Source of the DNA: Amphiscolops sp. MND2022
Lineage: Eukaryota
DNA length: 64,000 nt
Assembly: GCA_964187785.1 (NCBI GenBank)
Contig: OZ076409.1
Span: 50,966,001 to 51,030,000, forward strand
Reading direction: 5' to 3'
Shown: positions 1 through 11,791 of the stretch, piece after piece
How the letters are laid out: every line of letters begins with the position of its first letter
Position numbering within the stretch: position 1 is the stretch's first letter
The notes under the pieces: generated by a model
The model's input: only the letters and a program-made list of their open reading frames with translations
Told to the model about the DNA's origin: nothing
The model's database searches: none
Made by a program: the position numbers and the translations under genes

Positions 1-1322
1 TTGTCCGGACCGTTCCCACTACTTGCATTTTTCAATGCAGAGGAGACTTCTTCCTGGGTGATTTCCAAAGAATCAAGGCCGTTTTCAACAGGTTGCTCGA
101 ATACTTTCTGTTTGCTGGATTTGTTATAGACTGAAACAAAATACAAATTGAACAAATTTGCAACTTGATCGTATCCACTGGTTGTGGTATCGTCCCATGT
201 CACCTCCAGGGGAATGTCAGTACAATTTGACAGGCTTTTTATTAGCTTGTAGCACATGTTGAGACCAGTTTTGTTGTGAGATGTGAATGCCTCTAAGAAG
301 ACGACTGTATCTAATTCAAGTGATATTGATAGCTTTTCTCGAAGACTGGATTCTACTCGATTCATGTCCTTTCTCTTTTGTAGAGTTCGAAGCTGGTTCA
401 ATAGGTGAATGCTGTGGGAGGAATAGTAAGGGGGGTATTATTGCCTGCGGGAACGTTTTTTAGGAATGAATTGATTAAGAATAGAGAAGAAATTAAAAAG
501 CCAGTTTCGAATAAAAGTTTCATTCTGTGGAAGAACGTAAGAGAAGAAGTTTTGTGCGAAGGATAGACGAAGAGATTCAACATTTGCCTGAGAGAAACTG
601 TATTGTTGGACTTTACCAGTGATAGGTGAGACAGATTTTAGCAAGGAGGCATTGGTTGTCACACAGATACAACGATGATCAGAGAAATAATTGTTGTTCA
701 CTTCACGGATCTGGCTTTTATTTGTGTTTGTAACCACTAAATCCAAGAGGGAACCTGATTTATGTGTGGGTTCATTAACAAGCTGCAGTAATGAATGTTT
801 GAAGAGATAAGAGCAAAAATCGGAACCGTCATATTCGGGAGCGGTGATACTTTCCCAATCTATATTCGGGTAATTGAAATCTCCAAAAATTATCAATTGA
901 TCAAGGGTTTTTGCATGGCATCTCAACACATCAAAAACTTTCAGAATACATGCTTCTGTTAGCCTGTATGGGCTTTTCTCAGGTGGGTTGTAGTATACAG
1001 CTAATCGTATAGTGGAGGATATGGTGCTAACTCTACAAGCAAGAGCGAAATCAACATTGAGGTTTATTTCTTCGCACATAAGATAGTTTTTGGCCAAAAT
1101 AAGAACACCTCCATGGGAACCATATTGGCGGTCGGCTCTTGCAACCACAACGTAATTGGTATCGAGAAATGGATTTTTAACGTTACAGTCAAACCAAGTT
1201 TCAGATACACAGATGATATCAGCGTTGTAAAAGAATGCAAGGTTTAAAAAGAGAAGACGCCTTTGAACTGATAGGAGACTCAGCATGTTGCCGTATAGAA
1301 TAGAAAGTTCAATTGATTGCCA
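1..1322 (-). pseudogene. LINE ORF2 N-terminus (apurinic-like endonuclease), disrupted by a stop at ~438
   Basis: APE catalytic motifs SETW, GDFN, LD and SDH. Confidence 0.8.
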
Positions 1323-2082
1323 CTCCAGTTTGACTTCAACCTCGTCTTTATAGAGTTTCAATCCTCGGATTTTGAGTCGTTTCTTGTCTGTTCCTGATTT
1401 CAAAAATTCAAAACGTTTGGCGAGCAATTTCTGCTCAATTTCTTGATCTTTGGGAGAGAGATCATATGTAACTAGAAAACCACACTGCTTGAAAAATTTA
1501 TTTTTGTTGGCAGCCCCAACTACTTTTCGGACATCCCAAGGGTTACTAAGTTCAACAATTTTTGTTCTTTTGCGATCTGTTCTGAAAGCACCTTTCCGGT
1601 AAACGTCCCGTATTTCAACGGGCTCGCCCAGGTTCTCAAGAATTTGTTCACTTTAACTTTATCTGCCATTGATCTTTCAAGTTTTTAAAGGTCACTGTTC
1701 TGCTCTGGTACACAAGAGACACGAATTTTGTTTCTATAAGAAATATCAGAGAATTTGTACTAATCTTAACTGTTGGGGCAATTGAAGATTCGTTGTCCAG
1801 ATCTGTCATGGGCTGTGGGGACGACAGTGTTTGTTCAGATACAGCTTTTTCTAGGGTAACTTTGATCTCAGCAATGTCATTTGCTATCAGACATAGTGAT
1901 TTGTTCCTGAGTTGAGCGATTGCTTCTCGTAGAATGCACACTAGAGTGTCTTTTTTGGTTTTGGCTAGAAACTTCTGTACATCTTGATCACCGCTTTCCA
2001 GCAACTCAGAGATTGTGCGATAGTAGTTGGTGTCACAGGAACCCAGTCTTGATCGTTGTTCAGGGTCTACTTCAGTAGTCAT
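1323..2082 (-). pseudogene. LINE ORF1, frameshifted
   Basis: ORF 1648..2082 plus the continuation EIRDVYRKGAF...RTKIVELSNPWDVRK...LKIRGLKLY. The second copy at 29.3 kb has 10 extra bases that this copy lacks. Confidence 0.7.
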
Positions 2083-2756
2083 ATCACCGGAAACTATTTA
2101 ATAAGTTTATCACAACAATTAGGCTCCAGACACGTCCAGTACGTCCAGACAGGTAAGAATCAATGAGACAGAACCAAGGGCTGATGGATATATATTCATC
2201 AAAAGTTTTTGAATTCCATTCTGTTAAGATAACTTACTGTCTTTTTCACATGCTCGAGTTGTGATAATATTCAATTTTCACACCCAAAATCGATTGTTGT
2301 AAATGCGGTCTGCAATAGGGTGCTGTTACTAATTGAATGGAATTTGATTACTCCACGAGGGTTCTACTTTGGAGGTTTGAGGGAAGCTGGTTTTGAGAAC
2401 GCTAAAAAACATCCAAAACGAACCATGGACAATTTTGTCCTGAGTTATGCCTTCCGGTTTTTAGGAATTGAGCCGTATACTACTACTATTCCACTCTTTT
2501 GCCAATTAGTAAACATGGTAAACTCAAATGATTAGTCTCACGATTTAAAACACCTGATTAGTGACTAACAACTTGAGAAAGCTACACAACTGAGCAGTCA
2601 CCACAAATGGCTGATTCCCGAAGCGTCTAAATTTTGTCAGCTAGTCATCGCGTTGACATATAATTATTGAACGCTTCTGATTGGTGAAAATTGAATGAGG
2701 AATGAAGAAATTTTGAATTTGTGTGCTGCACAACGGCGAACTAATTACGATTACAA

Positions 2757-2879
2757 AGTCAGCTATGTTCGCATAACCCTAGTGCCCCAAATGCAGGAGC
2801 GGAGCGACGTGCTATATGACTATGCCTCAATGTTGCTACTTGGCGAAGGGAGCGAAGCAACCGAGCCATACAACAAATA
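2757..2879 (+). repeat. Short dispersed repeat with GCGAAG(C) motifs, copy 1
   Basis: agtcagctatgttc...ctagtgccc...aatgcaggagc...tgcctcaatgttgctacttggcgaagggagcgaag also occurs at ~30462 and ~52128. Confidence 0.8.
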
Positions 2880-2914
2880 TGATAACCTGAAAATAATCGC
2901 TGCCATGGAATTCT

Positions 2915-3486
2915 TGTTGGAAACGAAATTTTTGAAGCATGTCCCAGAGTAAAGAAACATCTTGAACGAAATTTTTAAACAAAAGTTTCAGTCAAAAGGA
3001 AGAAAGTTAGACCCGAAAATACCAAAAAGCATTTTGGAGCTACTATATATAAAACATTCTGCTGATATTCGTTGAATGATATAATTTTACACTCTGTTTG
3101 ATGCCCTATTTATTGAATAATACTTTTTGATTCATTAAAACTGCTACGCGTTGCTGGGCAGCCAATCAAATTCTTATGGTTGACTTCTTCATTGACAAGA
3201 CATTGATTTTACGTTGAATCTCTCAAAAGTTTCACTGCAATTGTTTGTCAATATTTCCTTTGCTCAAGCCAAAGTGGCTTCTTGAACCAGAGAATTACAA
3301 TAATTGGACAAGTCTTTTTATAATAATTGTTTTATCTCACAAATTGTGAGTGGTCCGTCGACAGAGAAGGTTCGTTAGCTCTAGAATATCGATTTTTGAA
3401 GACATTGCTTGGTACATTACCGAGATTTGAAGGTTTGAAATTCAAACAAAAACTCTTTTTGAGCAATCCTAAAGAATCATTGTACA
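2915..3486 (+). repeat. BEL 5' LTR
   Basis: TGTTGGAAAC...TTGTACA. Near-identical to 28626-29197 (three substitutions noticed). Confidence 0.97.
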
Positions 3487-3491
3487 TTTAT

Positions 3492-3510
3492 TGGTCCTTA
3501 ACGACCCGGA
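3492..3510 (+). promoter_or_regulatory. BEL primer binding site (tRNA-Tyr-like, imperfect)
   Basis: TGGTCCTTAACGACCCGGA lies 5 nt after the LTR and resembles the TGGTCCTTCGAGCCGGA PBS common in BEL elements. Confidence 0.65.
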
Positions 3511-3655
3511 CACTGAAGTTCCAGGACACGAAACTATCTACGCAATTTTTACTGAAAGACGAAGTCTATCAAATATTCCAGATATTGCAAATTCGGCGAA
3601 CTTTGAAAGTCCTTTTATCGAAATTATTAGTTGACGACATTTTAATATCAAATTG

Positions 3656-4270
3656 ATGGTGTATATCGTTGGTGCTAGTTCTTTGAAGCACGCAATCGAA
3701 AATCTTCCCCCTAGAGAAAAACGTGTTGTTGCAAAATTCGTCACAGCAGTCTCATCATTGAGTTTAAATCCCAATACTTCTCCCAAAAGGCCTCTTATCA
3801 ACCTCTCTCACCTATTGGAACGAGGGTACTAACGTCAAAAAACAAATTTAGTGATTTGGCACGACGTTATCAATAACAGCCTCACCAAACATAAGTCTAA
3901 TTCTTACACTGGTCTCAAAGGAAGTCAACTCGCGTCAATTTTGCTAACATACAAGGAACGAATAGCAGCTATTGTGTATTGCCAAAGGTTCGGAGCGCCC
4001 CAAATCTTCGAAGCTTTACCGTCAACCAATATTGTGGTCATCAGAGTTACAAAAAACTTGATTTCACGTCGCAGACAACAGGATAACTTACTCTTACATC
4101 AATATTTGCAGCTACATCAAGAAGGATCGCTGGAGATTCGTTCCTTACAGCTTGTTTTGAAGTACTCCACCAATTTGAAAGCCCTCTTGCAGAATACAAG
4201 GCGGCCGAGGAAACGACTTTCGCAGAAAAAACGGCGATTCCTTCTGAAAAAATCGTCTAAAACTGATTAG
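3656..4270 (+). pseudogene. Extra ORF upstream of BEL gag, SGNH/GDSL-hydrolase-like, one in-frame stop
   Basis: MVYIVGASSL...AVSSLSLN...GY*RQKTNLVIWHDVINNS...YLQLHQ, followed by a basic NLS-like tail (RRPRKRLSQKKRR). The stop is TAA at 3830-3832. Confidence 0.55.
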
Positions 4271-4484
4271 GTTAGAATTAATTCGCGTCTGGTTGTTAGA
4301 ATTAGTGTAACCTACAGACGTGTTCTCGTCGTGGGTTTATCTGATTCTAAATTTAGGTCAGTGGATCTAGTGTAGCCTACTGACGTGATCTCGTCGTGGG
4401 CTTATCTGAAGCTACTGCATAAGGACCTTTTTAGCTTATCAGTTGTTATCTTTCCGTAAAGAATAAAAAAACCGGCTCATTCCG

Positions 4485-7400
4485 ATGAATGAGGAACCCG
4501 CTGCGGAAAAACTGGACTTGAAACAAAAAATTAAGGTGCAAGGAGGCCACGAAGGAGCCTTTACGCGTCTAGAAAACCGTTTAGACACGTTAGTAAATGC
4601 AGGTATTAATAATGAGGACCAGCTTTGTGAAGCTGAAGCTGTTCTTTCTAACATGAAAACGAAAGCAACAGATATTCATCGTTGGAATTTGGAAATTCAA
4701 CTAGAAACTGAAGATGATGCTAAGTTTATCGCCGAGGTAGATAATGCTACTGAGTTTGACATACGCAGTGGCATTGCAATTGCTAGATTAACCGCTTTAA
4801 TCGAAAATTACAAAAAAAAGGTTAGAATTGAGTGATCCTACCACTTTGCGAAGAAGTTCTTCACCAAGGAGTGCCGGGGGTAAGCTCCGCTTGCCAAAGT
4901 TGAACTTGCCAACTTTCAGTGGATCGTACACTTAGTGGATGTCATTCTTTGATCTATTCAACGCGGCAGTGAACTCTAATACACAATTGAGTGACTCTGA
5001 AAAGCTCAATTATCTGCGCGCTTGCTTGAAAGGTGACGCTGCCAAATTGATTTGCTCGGTTTCAATAACTGATGCCAATTACGCTATTGCTCTGGGCTTA
5101 CTGACCGATAGATACGCCAACAAACGTAGCATCGTACAAGCTCATCTCCAATCAATTTTGTCTCAATACTCAATGAAAGTTGAATCTGCAAGCGGCCTCA
5201 GAAAACTGTTGGAAGTCACAAATGAGCATCTTAGATCCTTGAAAGAACTCGGGCAACCCACCGATCAATGGGATTCGCTCCTCGTGTTTTGGCTTTCAGA
5301 AAAAATGGATCCCGAGTCTCGCAAGCAATGGCAACTTGCGCATCCAGGGTTCGAACTTCTGACCTGGGATCAATTAGCACAGTTTCTCAATACAAGAAGT
5401 CGAGCACTAGAGTCGAGTGGATCAAAGCCAGTTTCCCAACAAGCAGGCAATCAGAATGTACGCGAGAGACAAGCGCAGGTTTACACTGCCTCTGTATCGT
5501 GTATAGATGGATGCAATGAAGAACACAAGTTACACGAGTGTCAGAAATTCAAAACTCTTTTAATACCGGAACGCTTTAATGTTGTGAAAACCAAACGTGG
5601 ATGCTATAATTGTCTTCAACTTGGCCACAATGTCAGTAAATGTCCCTCTAAGTTTACATGTAGAGAGTGCAGACAGAAACATCATACCTTGTTGCATCGC
5701 CCTTCTCAAGTGAAAACTACTTCCGTCGAGGTTCAAGAGACTTCGCAAGAAATTCATGCTACCTCCGTCGTAGAAACAGTTTCAAATGTCCAATGTGGAG
5801 CTGTCAGTCTGAAGAAAACTGTTCTTTTATCAACAGCATATGTCATGATCAAGGATGCCAATGGCACTCCACTGACTCTCCGAGCTATGCTTGACTCTGG
5901 ATCACAAGCTAGCTTTATTAGTGAAAGTAGAGCCAATGCTTCAAAAGTAAAAGTTCTTGGAGATTCAATCAGTATAACGCCGTTTGGATCATCATCTTCA
6001 CAAAAAACGAAAGGAGTTTTGTCAACTGTCCTAAATGATGCAGTTCATGTCGATCTTCACGTTGTTCCCAAGATTTCAAATCTTGACCCCCTCAAAAGGT
6101 GATGACTCCAACGCTGGAAAGCGTCAAAAATCTCAAGTTAGCTGATCCAAACTTCAATTCCCCAGGACGAATTGATATTTTGCTTGGAGCAGATGTTCTG
6201 GAAGATGTGATGAAAGAAGGAAAGTTCAAAGAGAAGGGGCTACACATCCGAAACTCAATTTTTGGGTGGATTGTCTCTGGGATTGTTCAACAGAGTTATG
6301 AAAGCAACACAAACAACATGGTTCATGTTAACAAAGTCGACATCACCCAATTTTAGGAACTTGAAAACGTACCTGAAGAAAAACATTTGACTAAATCAGA
6401 ACGGGAATGCGTTGAGCATTTCGATCGTACAACGAAGCGGAACAATGATGGAAGGTTCATCGTTGAGATGCCAATGAAATCTTGTGGACCCACCTTGGGA
6501 TCAAGCAAAGCTATCGCAATGCGCCGATTTCTCAATCTCGAGAAGAAACTAAACAATGACTTATCACTAAAGGAGCGATACTCTTCGTTCATCCAAGAAT
6601 TCAGTGATCTTGGACATTTAGAAAAGGTGCCGGACGATCAATTGGATAATCCAAGAAACTTCTACTTGCCGCATCATTGCGTGACAAAGGAAGACAGCTC
6701 CACCACAAAACTTCGCGTTGTCTTCGATGCTATTGCGAAAACTACCACCGGCTACTCGCTCAATCATTGTTTGTTAGTTGGACCGAAATGTCAAGACGAT
6801 TTGTTTAACATTTTAATCAGGTTTCGCATGTTCAAAATTGCAATGTCAGCAGATGTGGCGAAAATGTACCGCCAAGTTGAACTCTCTCTTGAAGATCGTG
6901 ATTTGCACAGAATTCTATGGCGCAAGAATCCGACAGAACCAATTTTGACGTATTGAATGACTCGAGTAACTTATGGTGTTGCAAGTTCTTCCTTTCATGC
7001 CGTCAGATCACTTCTAGATTGTGCCAAGTTCCCGAACACACCCGAAATGGTGAAAGAAGCCATTGAACGCGACTTCTATGTCGATGATATTCTCACTGGT
7101 GCAAAAAATTTGGAAGAGGCGAAATTATTACAGACAGGTCTCATTGAGACCCTGAAACAAGGACAATTTGATCTACGTAAATGGACATGCAGTGATCCCC
7201 GACTAACCCAAGGCCTTCCTCCTGAATATCGCGTGGCAAGCGAAAACTTTCAATTTCTGAATGAGAACCACACCATCAAGACACTTGGAATTGTCTGGAG
7301 TCCCATCAAGGACAAATTCACATTCACCGTTAAACACCTGAAGTTGGACTTAACCGAAAAGCTTACGAAAAGACGAATCCTGAGCAATATTGCTAAGGGT

Positions 7401-8592
7401 TTTGATCCCCTTGGTTGGCTTTCACCGGTCATCTTGCAATTGAAGCAGCTAATGCAGGAAGTCTGGAAGTGCAAAACTGATTGGGATGCCCTCCTTCCTT
7501 CTGACATTGCGAAGTTTTATTGCCAATGGAGGTCAAAATTGATGATTCTGAATGAAATTGCGATTGATCGACTCGCTCTTTGCAATGAGCAATTTGATGA
7601 AGTCAATCTACACCTCTTTTGCGACGCCTCGGATAGGGTTATGCAGCCTGTGTTTATGTTGTTTCTTGTGACACACAAGGTAACATCAAATCCAGCCTAC
7701 TGACTGGTAAATCAAAGGTTTCCCCGTTGAAAACTCAATCCATTCCTCGACTTGAACTGTGCGCTGCACTATTAGGGGTGAATCTTTTGGACGCCGTAGT
7801 TAAAAGTCTTTCAAAGCTGAAGATGAAAATTCAGTCAAAACACGCATGGACAGACTCAACAATTGTTTTAGCTTGGCTTTTGAATGAGCCTAGTCAATGG
7901 TCCACCTTCGTGGCGAATAGGATTTCTAAAATTCAGGAACATGCGGATCTTACTTGGCGACATGTACCAAGTGAAGATAACGCAGCTGATGCTGCATCCA
8001 GAGGAATTGACCCTCATGCGCTGAAGGATCATTTGCTTTGGTGGTCTGGTCCTCAGTGGTTGGTCACCAACAAGTTTCCAGAACAGCGTCGGTATTGCGA
8101 GACAAAAGAAGAATTGAAACGCGTAGATCACAAGGTAAAACAGATTGACCCTAATCAAATGGTACTAACCGTAACAGAGTCAAAGAATGCGAAGATGAAT
8201 TTTGATTTGACGAAACAAAATTCCTTCGAAAAGTCACTGAGAGTTGTTGCAAATGTTAAGCGAGCACTTTCCCGGTTCAAAGGAGAAGATAAAAAATTTC
8301 CAAGTTACATAACATCTGATGAAAGGACTGAATCGCTGTTCATCCTACTACGACAGGAACAAGGCTTGTTCTACAAGGATGAGGTATCAACTTTGAAGAC
8401 CAAGAGCCAAGTGGACAAAACCAGTAGGATTTTAAAGCTCTACCCTTTTCTTCATGGAAATGTTTTGTGCGTGGGTGGACGTCTCGTGCATGCGAATTTA
8501 CCCGACGAGGCGAAGCACCAAAGAATTGTTCCTCCTGAGAGTCAACTTGCTCGATTAATCATCGCTAACGCCCATGAAAAAACCCTGCATGG
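4485..8592 (+). pseudogene. BEL gag-pol, 5' part (gag, Zn knuckles, protease, RT, RNase H, start of integrase Zn finger), with several stops and frameshifts
   Basis: LPKLNLPTFSG gag motif, CYNCLQLGHNVSKC and CRECRQKHHTLLH knuckles, LDSGSQ protease, YVDD RT, CDAS/PRLEL/WTDS/NAAD RNase H, HEKTLHG. Confidence 0.95.
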
Positions 8593-8939
8593 TAAAGTAC
8601 TTGGTTGTGGTTGGTATTTTAGTTATATGAGGAATTGAATCTTTTACTGATGTTACGATTAGTACTTTAAGAGACACTAATAGAGCTGCAGTTATTAGGT
8701 CTTAGAGGGAAGACAACTAATGGGTGAAGAGTCAATTCAAGTTGTGTTCTAAATGAAGGGTTATAGTATTGAATATAAATTAGTTACATCGATTTATGGT
8801 ATTGAATATAAAGTGGTTACATCAATTATTTTACATCTAGAATATAAATGGAGTACAATTATAATTTTACAGTCTAGACATACACGGGGCGGGGGGATAA
8901 ATATAATTTATAGTATAGCATCAATCATGGTATATCATC
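8593..8939 (-). repeat. 3' LTR of giant element
   Basis: Matches 27060-27406 with one mismatch seen (taatGggt vs taatCggt). Contains short internal gtattgaatataaa..gttacatc repeats. Confidence 0.96.
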
Positions 8940-10228
8940 CGACCGGGTTTTGAAATTAAAAATGAAAGTAAACTGTGGTGTTAAGTTTAAGATTGATTAG
9001 GGTATATTCAAAAGTTGAGGTGTTGTAAAAATTGTCGGAGATTGGTTTAATGTAGAATACGAGAAAATCTAGAGAGGAAATATGGAATTTGGTTAAAAAT
9101 GAAATTTGGTATTTGCTGAAAAAAAAATTTTTTATCTCGAGAAAAAGTTGTCTTGAAATTGTCTTGAAAGTTGTCTTCGTGTTGTATCTTTCCTTACGTG
9201 AGTTGCGTGCAAGATTGGGAAGCGAAATGTTTTCAGATATTAGGTAATTTTGATCAATAAGTTAAAGAATTTATTTAGAGTTTTTAAAATAAGAATTTGT
9301 TTAGAGTTGCTTTTACGTTCATGTTGGTGATGGGTATGAAATTTCACATAAGATTTATTTTGGTATTGAATTCGTTCAAAATTTCTTATGTTTATTTCTT
9401 CCGAGGCGGCAAAAGATTTGAGTGGCAGGTAGGAGTGTGACAGAAAAAATTTTGACAAGATTTTGGCAGCCTGATTGACAGAGAAGTTCAACATTTAAAA
9501 CAAAAGATTCTTAGTTGTTTGTTAACTAAGCGTTGATCTTTTGAGTCTTGGCTTGTGAGCAACGAAAATGAAATTGTAGAACTTCAAAACAAGGCGGCGT
9601 GATCAGATCAAAGTTGGCCGCGAAAACAAATCTATGTGAGTCAACATTTGTTCAAATTTAGATCATGTGGCAGGTCATTTCACACATTTTTTTCAATAAA
9701 CAATATTTTTGAGCAAAGGAATTCAGTTGCAGAATTGGCAAAGAATAAAGAGTTTGTCAGTGAGGTGAGTGTGTTTGAATATGTGAATTGGGAAGAGTAG
9801 GGAAAAAAGAGGAGATTTTTTAGAACCGAAGTTATAGAGGAGTAAAGTTAAAAATGTTTTTGGGAGAAGGGTGAAAAACTGGAATTTAGTTGAAAAAAAT
9901 GTTTATTGAAGTGGAAGAAAATTGAATAGGAAAGGATAGCTCCACAATTTGGAAGAGAGTGGGTCGGAAGGGGCATGGGAATATGTAATTTAGAAAATTA
10001 TGTCCCGTAGAACCGAAGTTATAAGAGAAATTTATGAAAAATTTTTTTGAACACTTAAAAAAATTTTACATAATCATTAAAAAAGAAGTTGAAATGTTGA
10101 GAATAAAAAGGTGGGGGGGTGACAATCAATGTAGGTAAGAGGCGGGGTGAAATGTATGAAAACATCAAGAAGCATAGATAATTTTGAACAAAATGTACAA
10201 ATGAATTTAAAGAAACATGGATCAAAAT

Positions 10229-11146
10229 TCAATCGACATCGTTTAAAGAAGTTACTAAATTATCTAAATCATTTAAAGGAGTGGGGGATTGAGAGGGTGG
10301 TGTTACGGGTTCAATACGAATAGGAATTAATGCGGGGGAAAGAGGGAGTGGGGGTAAAGGAGAAGGACATGTATATTTTACTGGAACATGGGAACAATGG
10401 GGGGTAGCGCATTGAATGTAATTGTTATAGTTACAGCAATTATGAGAGGGGATTTGAATAGTTAATGGGGGTAAAGGTCTATGTGTGAAAGGAGGCGATT
10501 TAAATTTACGTAATTTTGAAGGGGGGAGTGTATTATTAATAATATCTAATTGGAGCGTAGTTTGATAAATGAGTTCATCTAAATGTTTTTCGTACAATTT
10601 GAGTGCGTCGATATATTGTGAAAGTTTCTGTTTATAGACCACTGTGTGGACCAGTCGACGGACAGGTGGACCGTTTCCATTTGAGAGCTGTGGAAGTTTT
10701 GGGTGCCGTGGTTTTTTGATTTGAAGATCGTTAGTTAATTGTCGAACAGCTGAATATTGTTGAAGATTGGGAGATGTTGCGACTGCATCTTGAGGGTGCA
10801 GGGGAAGAGTGGAGATTGGCAACAAAGTTGGATGTGGAAGAGAAAAAATCACGGGAATTGGAAGAGAAGGAGTTGTTGTCGCAAGAGAGCTGAGTGGCGG
10901 CTGAAGAGTTGTTGTGGTCACAAGAGAGCTGAGTGGTGGTTGAATAGTAGAAGTTGAAGAAACAGATGATGATGATGATGATGTCACAGACAAAGAAGTA
11001 TCTGATGATGAAACTACAGACGAAGAAGTATCCATGGTCGAGAGTGTGAATGTTGAAGAAGTAGAAGAGACAGGAAATGGCGTAAGAGAGTCAAGGAGTT
11101 GGTTAAGGAGAGGGTATGCCAAAGAAGAAGAAGGATAATCTGACAT
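10229..11146 (-). CDS. Accessory ORF of giant element, 305 aa, unknown function (S/T/P-rich, coiled coil, Cys/His cluster)
   Basis: Intact ATG-initiated ORF in the element's sense orientation. Helix KQKLSQYIDALKLYEKHLDEL and cluster HNCC-x7-C-x3-HC-x-H. Confidence 0.65.
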   Translation of the reverse strand: MSDYPSSSLAYPLLNQLLDSLTPFPVSSTSSTFTLSTMDTSSSVVSSSDTSLSVTSSSSSSVSSTSTIQPPLSSLVTTTTLQPPLSSLATTTPSLPIPVIFSLPHPTLLPISTLPLHPQDAVATSPNLQQYSAVRQLTNDLQIKKPRHPKLPQLSNGNGPPVRRLVHTVVYKQKLSQYIDALKLYEKHLDELIYQTTLQLDIINNTLPPSKLRKFKSPPFTHRPLPPLTIQIPSHNCCNYNNYIQCATPHCSHVPVKYTCPSPLPPLPLSPALIPIRIEPVTPPSQSPTPLNDLDNLVTSLNDVD

Positions 11147-11791
11147 GACTAAAACAAAATTTTTGTTGAATTATTTTGTATTTATTGTAGATACTAGAGA
11201 GCAGTTTAATATTGAGAAAGAAAATGTTGTGATGAAATTTATTGATTCCAGAAGATGAGTTGAAAATTAGGAAGAAAATTTGGAGTAGTAGTGAAGTTGA
11301 GAGATTTTGAAAAGTAAATGAGAAGAAGAAAATTTTAGAAAGGAAATTACTTTAAAAGTAATAAATTTAAAAGATAAAGAGCCTGTTGTCAAAATTCTTA
11401 AAGAAGAACGATCAAAAATGTCAAGTGAGAGTATTTAAATATAAAGAAATTAATAGGAAGAAGTGTCAAAGTGAAAGGAAAGTGGAGTGATATATGTAAA
11501 TGAGGAGGAAGGAAATGAAATTTTATGTATATATAATTAGGTATTATTGTCAAAGAAGATAAGATTGAGGAAGTGAAAAGAGTTATTGTTAAAGATTGAA
11601 AAAGAGTTGAGAAAAGTTTTGAGAGTATAAGATAAGAATCTTGGAGAAGAAAACGAATCATTAAACAAAAGAGGAGAAAAATGTTGGGAAATATAGGAAG
11701 GATTTTAATAGAAAAGGTGGGATTTCTTACCAAATGAGAGAATTACTGTAAGAGAAAGTAGACAGAAAAGAAACTCTGGAAAAGAAGAATG

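Larger units (their letters stand above)
1..2100 (-). mobile_element. 5' portion of a CR1/L2-like non-LTR retrotransposon (ORF1 + APE endonuclease of ORF2), continuing off the left edge
   Basis: APE motifs in the 438..1427 ORF: LSILYGN, DIICVSETW, GGVLI, YNPP, IFGDFNYP, LDLVVTN, SDH. The upstream ORF1-like frame has a coiled-coil region and an RRM-like IRVSCVPE...RTKIVEL region. Frameshifts are present. Confidence 0.85.

Noticed and set aside
8753..8953. ORFs 8753..8953 / 27220..27507 and 3327..3656 / 29038..29283 as duplicated genes
   Set aside because: They are incidental frames inside LTR copies.
9240..9494. Further accessory ORFs (84 aa at 9240..9494, 111 aa at 11398..11733)
   Set aside because: Short, with no motifs, and explicable by base composition. 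They would need cross-copy conservation to be accepted.
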